Source of the DNA: Lysobacterales bacterium | GTDB taxonomy: Bacteria; Pseudomonadota; Gammaproteobacteria; Xanthomonadales; SZUA-5 | Direction of reading: 5' to 3' | Assembly: GCA_022844165.1 (NCBI GenBank) | Contig: JALHMH010000036.1 | Span: forward strand, 1-48,045 | Length of the DNA stretch: 48,045 nt | Part shown: piece by piece, positions 47,985-48,045 of the stretch | Position numbering within the stretch: the stretch's first letter is position 1 | Layout of the letters: every line of letters starts with the position of its first letter | Program-made: the position numbers and the translations under genes | Notes under the pieces: model-generated | Seen by the model: only the letters and a program-made list of their open reading frames with translations | What the model was told of the DNA's origin: nothing | The model's database searches: none

Positions 47985-48045
47985 GCGCAGCGCCCCGACC
48001 AACTCGCCGCACGCATCAATCCCATCGCAGCGTCAAGCCGTCGGC

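Overview
GC-rich gammaproteobacterial chromosome segment. Gene content and order suggest Lysobacterales/Xanthomonadales; this is an inference. The housekeeping backbone is purH, fis, a standalone 5'-3' exonuclease, nitroreductase, anmK, M23 peptidase, desaturase, rnr, rnt, parC, tRNA-Val(CAC) and lptM-dapF-DUF484-xerC. Two accessory systems stand out. (1) 7.1-12.5 kb: a three-gene putative transmembrane electron conduit, made of a flavoprotein with two cNMP-binding domains and four Fe-S motifs, a di-heme-b-like membrane protein, and an FHA-anchored decaheme cytochrome c. (2) 27.2-32.5 kb: ECF sigma, anti-sigma, mini-trypsin, an orphan protein and a TPR-CHAT (caspase-like) protease, partly low-GC and converging on a heme peroxidase. 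The intergenic DNA holds the 3' end of an IS630 element abutting a cognate MITE, and a second dispersed repeat family without terminal inverted repeats at CTAR sites. It also holds a ~74-bp covarying structured module nested in both repeat families, and a heptamer-built 42-bp tandem array. All calls come from motif recognition by eye; no database searches were run.
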